DNA of 47,348 nt. It comes from Macrostomum lignano (lineage: Eukaryota). A program made the position numbers and the translations under genes. A model generated the notes under the pieces. That model saw only the letters and a list, made by a program, of their open reading frames with translations. It made no database searches and was not told where the DNA came from. Location: the NCBI GenBank assembly GCA_002269645.1, contig NIVC01000582.1, forward strand, positions 1 through 47,348, in the 5' to 3' direction. Below, piece by piece: positions 44,687-47,348 of this stretch (position 1 is the stretch's first letter; each line of letters begins with the position of its first letter).

Positions 44687-45889
44687 TAAAGGCAGTTGTC
44701 AAATAAAAGCTGAAATTCAATGTGCGTCAAATGCAAGATACTCATTAAAGCGTCATGGACAAAAAAGACAGTTTAAACTGCAAAGACATTTCTTTTGTGA
44801 CTTGTTAATGTAATGAAATTTTGCCATAGGAACTGTGATCTATTGGTGCCGTTTTTAAATTTATTTTCTTATACCTTTTCAATGGCTGAGCCAATTTATG
44901 TGATTTAATAAATGTTGTCCTTGCTTTCTCTTTTTGAAAAATAAGACATTAATGTTACTTGTTCTACAGAAACTTCACTATTTGGTCGTAATATTCTGTA
45001 TCAGATTTACTGACAATAAGGTAAGACGTTTATCAACTACACTAAGCTTTATGAACATTTAAAACTTCGAATAAATATTATATGATACTTTCTCTTTGTT
45101 ATATCTAGTCTTAGTTTGTACAAGTACTAAACATTTTAGTTACATAGTAGGTGATATATAATGCTAGTATTAAACCGTCATTTTGTTATATTGATTACAT
45201 ATGATTTTTTATTTAGATTAATTATTCTATTATTATATCGATGTCACATTTACACACATCCGAAAGCTCCCTCTTTCACCTGCTCTGCTTATAGCTAGTC
45301 AGAGGTGACTAATTGTGTAGACTCAGAGTCATGCTAACAAGCAAGCAGGCATTGGATGCGCTGTCATAAAATAGCTGGCACTCTCAGTCGAGAAGATCAG
45401 AATACCTTGGCTGGAAAGGTTACTCGACTAAAGACCTGCATTCAATACCTCCATCGCTTACCCCAAGGATGAGGAATATGAAGCCTTTGACTACCGTAAC
45501 TGTGCTTGAGAAGCTGCTCAGGGAAGAGTAGTTGGTTATCGCGAATTTTGGCTCTAGCTTTGAGCCAAGGCCTGCTGACGTTTGCAGTGTCTGTAACGTT
45601 TCTCATAGGAGCTGTGTGGTGCTGATGAGGCTTTCAAGGACAAAGCTGTAGAGGTTCACAAGAACTTCACAAACAACTTGCAGCTCATGATGCTGTGATT
45701 GCGCAGCTTTAGCGAAAGATCTCAAATCATCTCAAGCTCAGGGTGCTTAACCAGAAACTGTATCGTGTTAGATCACATTTGCAATTCCTTTCTGGTGACA
45801 ATTCCAGTGCAGAAGGCAGGCTAAATCCGGCAAATAACAAGAACAAGAAGTAGTGCAAACGGTGGTTTGATTTGAAATGCAGGCTAGGG

Positions 45890-45990
45890 CAACTCCAGCT
45901 GCAGCTGCAGTCTGAGTAGTCAGTTGCCTCATTGCCAGGCAAGTTGGATGATGCCCATATCCAGACAATGGAGCCTCGCGCGTCTGGAGG
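45890..45990 (-). pseudogene. Possible relic of a non-LTR retrotransposon RNase H C-terminus
   Basis: Minus-strand IVWIWASSNLPGNEATD (GH appears in the adjacent frame) resembles the RNase H motif VWIPGHxxIPGNExAD. Confidence 0.35.
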
Positions 45991-47348
45991 CTTAGTTCAC
46001 CACGAAGGTGCTTCAAGTCTGCATGCAGCTTATCCTTCAGTGCCACATCCTACCGATGCATGTGCCAACCAGCATTCGCATAGTATTCGGCACAATTGGA
46101 TGCTTCAACATGCTGCAGCTTTGATTGCCGGTGTTGTGCCCGGGTGCACTTAATTGCACTGATGAGTAATCTCTAGCTCTTAGTCAAGTCTGCCCGGCGG
46201 ACCTTTCTCTGCGCTCCCTAAGCTGCTAACTTATTTGTGCCCCACCCCATTTTCTCTGCCGCCCTAAGCTGCTTCCGCGCGCAGCCCCAACCCTCCAATT
46301 ATTCTGCTGTGATTGGTTGACCCGCCCCAAGCTGCCTGTACCCTTCTCTGCCCTCTGATTGTCTATTGGTTTTTTAACCTGGCTTGAGGGTCTTGAGACC
46401 CTAGGACAATCGTAGGGAAGGACTGATCACGTCTCTTGAAGCGATCCCAAGGCAGCAACCCTTGACAAGGTATTTTTGATGCCAGCGGATCGTCTATTCA
46501 CACTGCTCAGTATCAGGTATGTGAGCTGCTGTTTGATGCTCTAGTCCATATTTGTTAATCTAAGACAGCTATTCATTGAATCAAATTTGCCTGAATAGAA
46601 CATATCTTTATCGTACACTTGATTTCATTCTTGCCCAGCACTTAGACGTTGGAAATCATCAGCGAGTGGCGCTTGCCATTTGTAAAGTGGAAGGTGGCAC
46701 TGCTGCCATCTACTCATCGGAGCTCAATGTGTCCATCATTGAGCTGGTGGACATCTTTGCAAGAATCAGAGTTGTCAGTTCTGCCGAAAAAAAAATATGC
46801 ACCCGCCTGTATCAAACTAATTTCCGGTAGCTTCCCATAACGTTTAATGATGTTAATTTGATGTCAATAGTTCTTTTATCAGTCACAATAGTATAATGAT
46901 GAAAGAGTAACAATAATAGTTTAATATACCGGTATTACTTATTAACAGTTCCCATTTATTTATTGTACAAAAAAAGAATGGCTAGGACTGTATTAATCTT
47001 AGCTGTAGCCCCCACCACTGCATCCACACAATGTGCATATGGAATAAAAAATCTCTATTGCTTGAGTTCCCAACCCTAGGGACTTGAAAGTTCTCTAAAC
47101 AAAAGCTTTAAAACTGACAACATTCATTTAGCTCGTATTTCTACTGTTATATCCCCTTCTCACCTATTAAATCAAGGGCTCCAATGATTTTTAAAGCCTT
47201 TCAAGTCGTCAGCACACGACACAGGTGAAAAAGGTTGGAGAAGTCATCGGTGAGACTGTCACAAATATTGATAGGATTTTCGAGATCCATTGGCTATTGC
47301 AAGTAACTGTTATATACTCGCTGGTTCAAAAACCTAAAAACAGCTTCT

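Noticed and set aside
46576-46840. Short ORFs at the right end of the window
   Set aside because: No recognisable motifs, splice support or codon-bias signal.

Overview
Eukaryotic (animal) genomic DNA with four spliced genes that I reconstructed by hand from GT-AG junctions and frame continuity. They are: the last two coding exons of a class A neuropeptide-type GPCR (+, 960-1805); a CDKL2-like kinase (+, 12424 to at least 19238); an eIF4B orthologue carrying an unusual RS/SP heptad-repeat domain (+, 28033-33966, 828 aa); and a Sec24C/D COPII subunit (-, 44686-35947). Most long introns hold their own private micro- or minisatellite, which explains most of the long low-complexity ORFs in the track. 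Mobile DNA includes a 761-bp IS630-Tc1-mariner deletion derivative with 141-bp TIRs and a TA duplication, a tRNA-headed CORE-type SINE, several MITE/foldback elements, and weak LINE RNase H and hAT relics. The most interesting signals are: (i) complementary (ACAG)n and (CUGU)n arrays at opposite ends of one Sec24 intron, which could bridge splice sites; (ii) an eIF4B whose DRYG region is replaced by an SR-protein-like repeat; (iii) intron-specific satellites, some with higher-order structure or repeated transcription-factor-like motifs. There is no CRISPR array, rRNA or true tRNA. The style (GC-rich polyQ-bearing exons, satellite-filled introns) suggests an invertebrate such as a Macrostomum-like flatworm, but that is an unverified guess. 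All coordinates were counted by eye and array ends are approximate.
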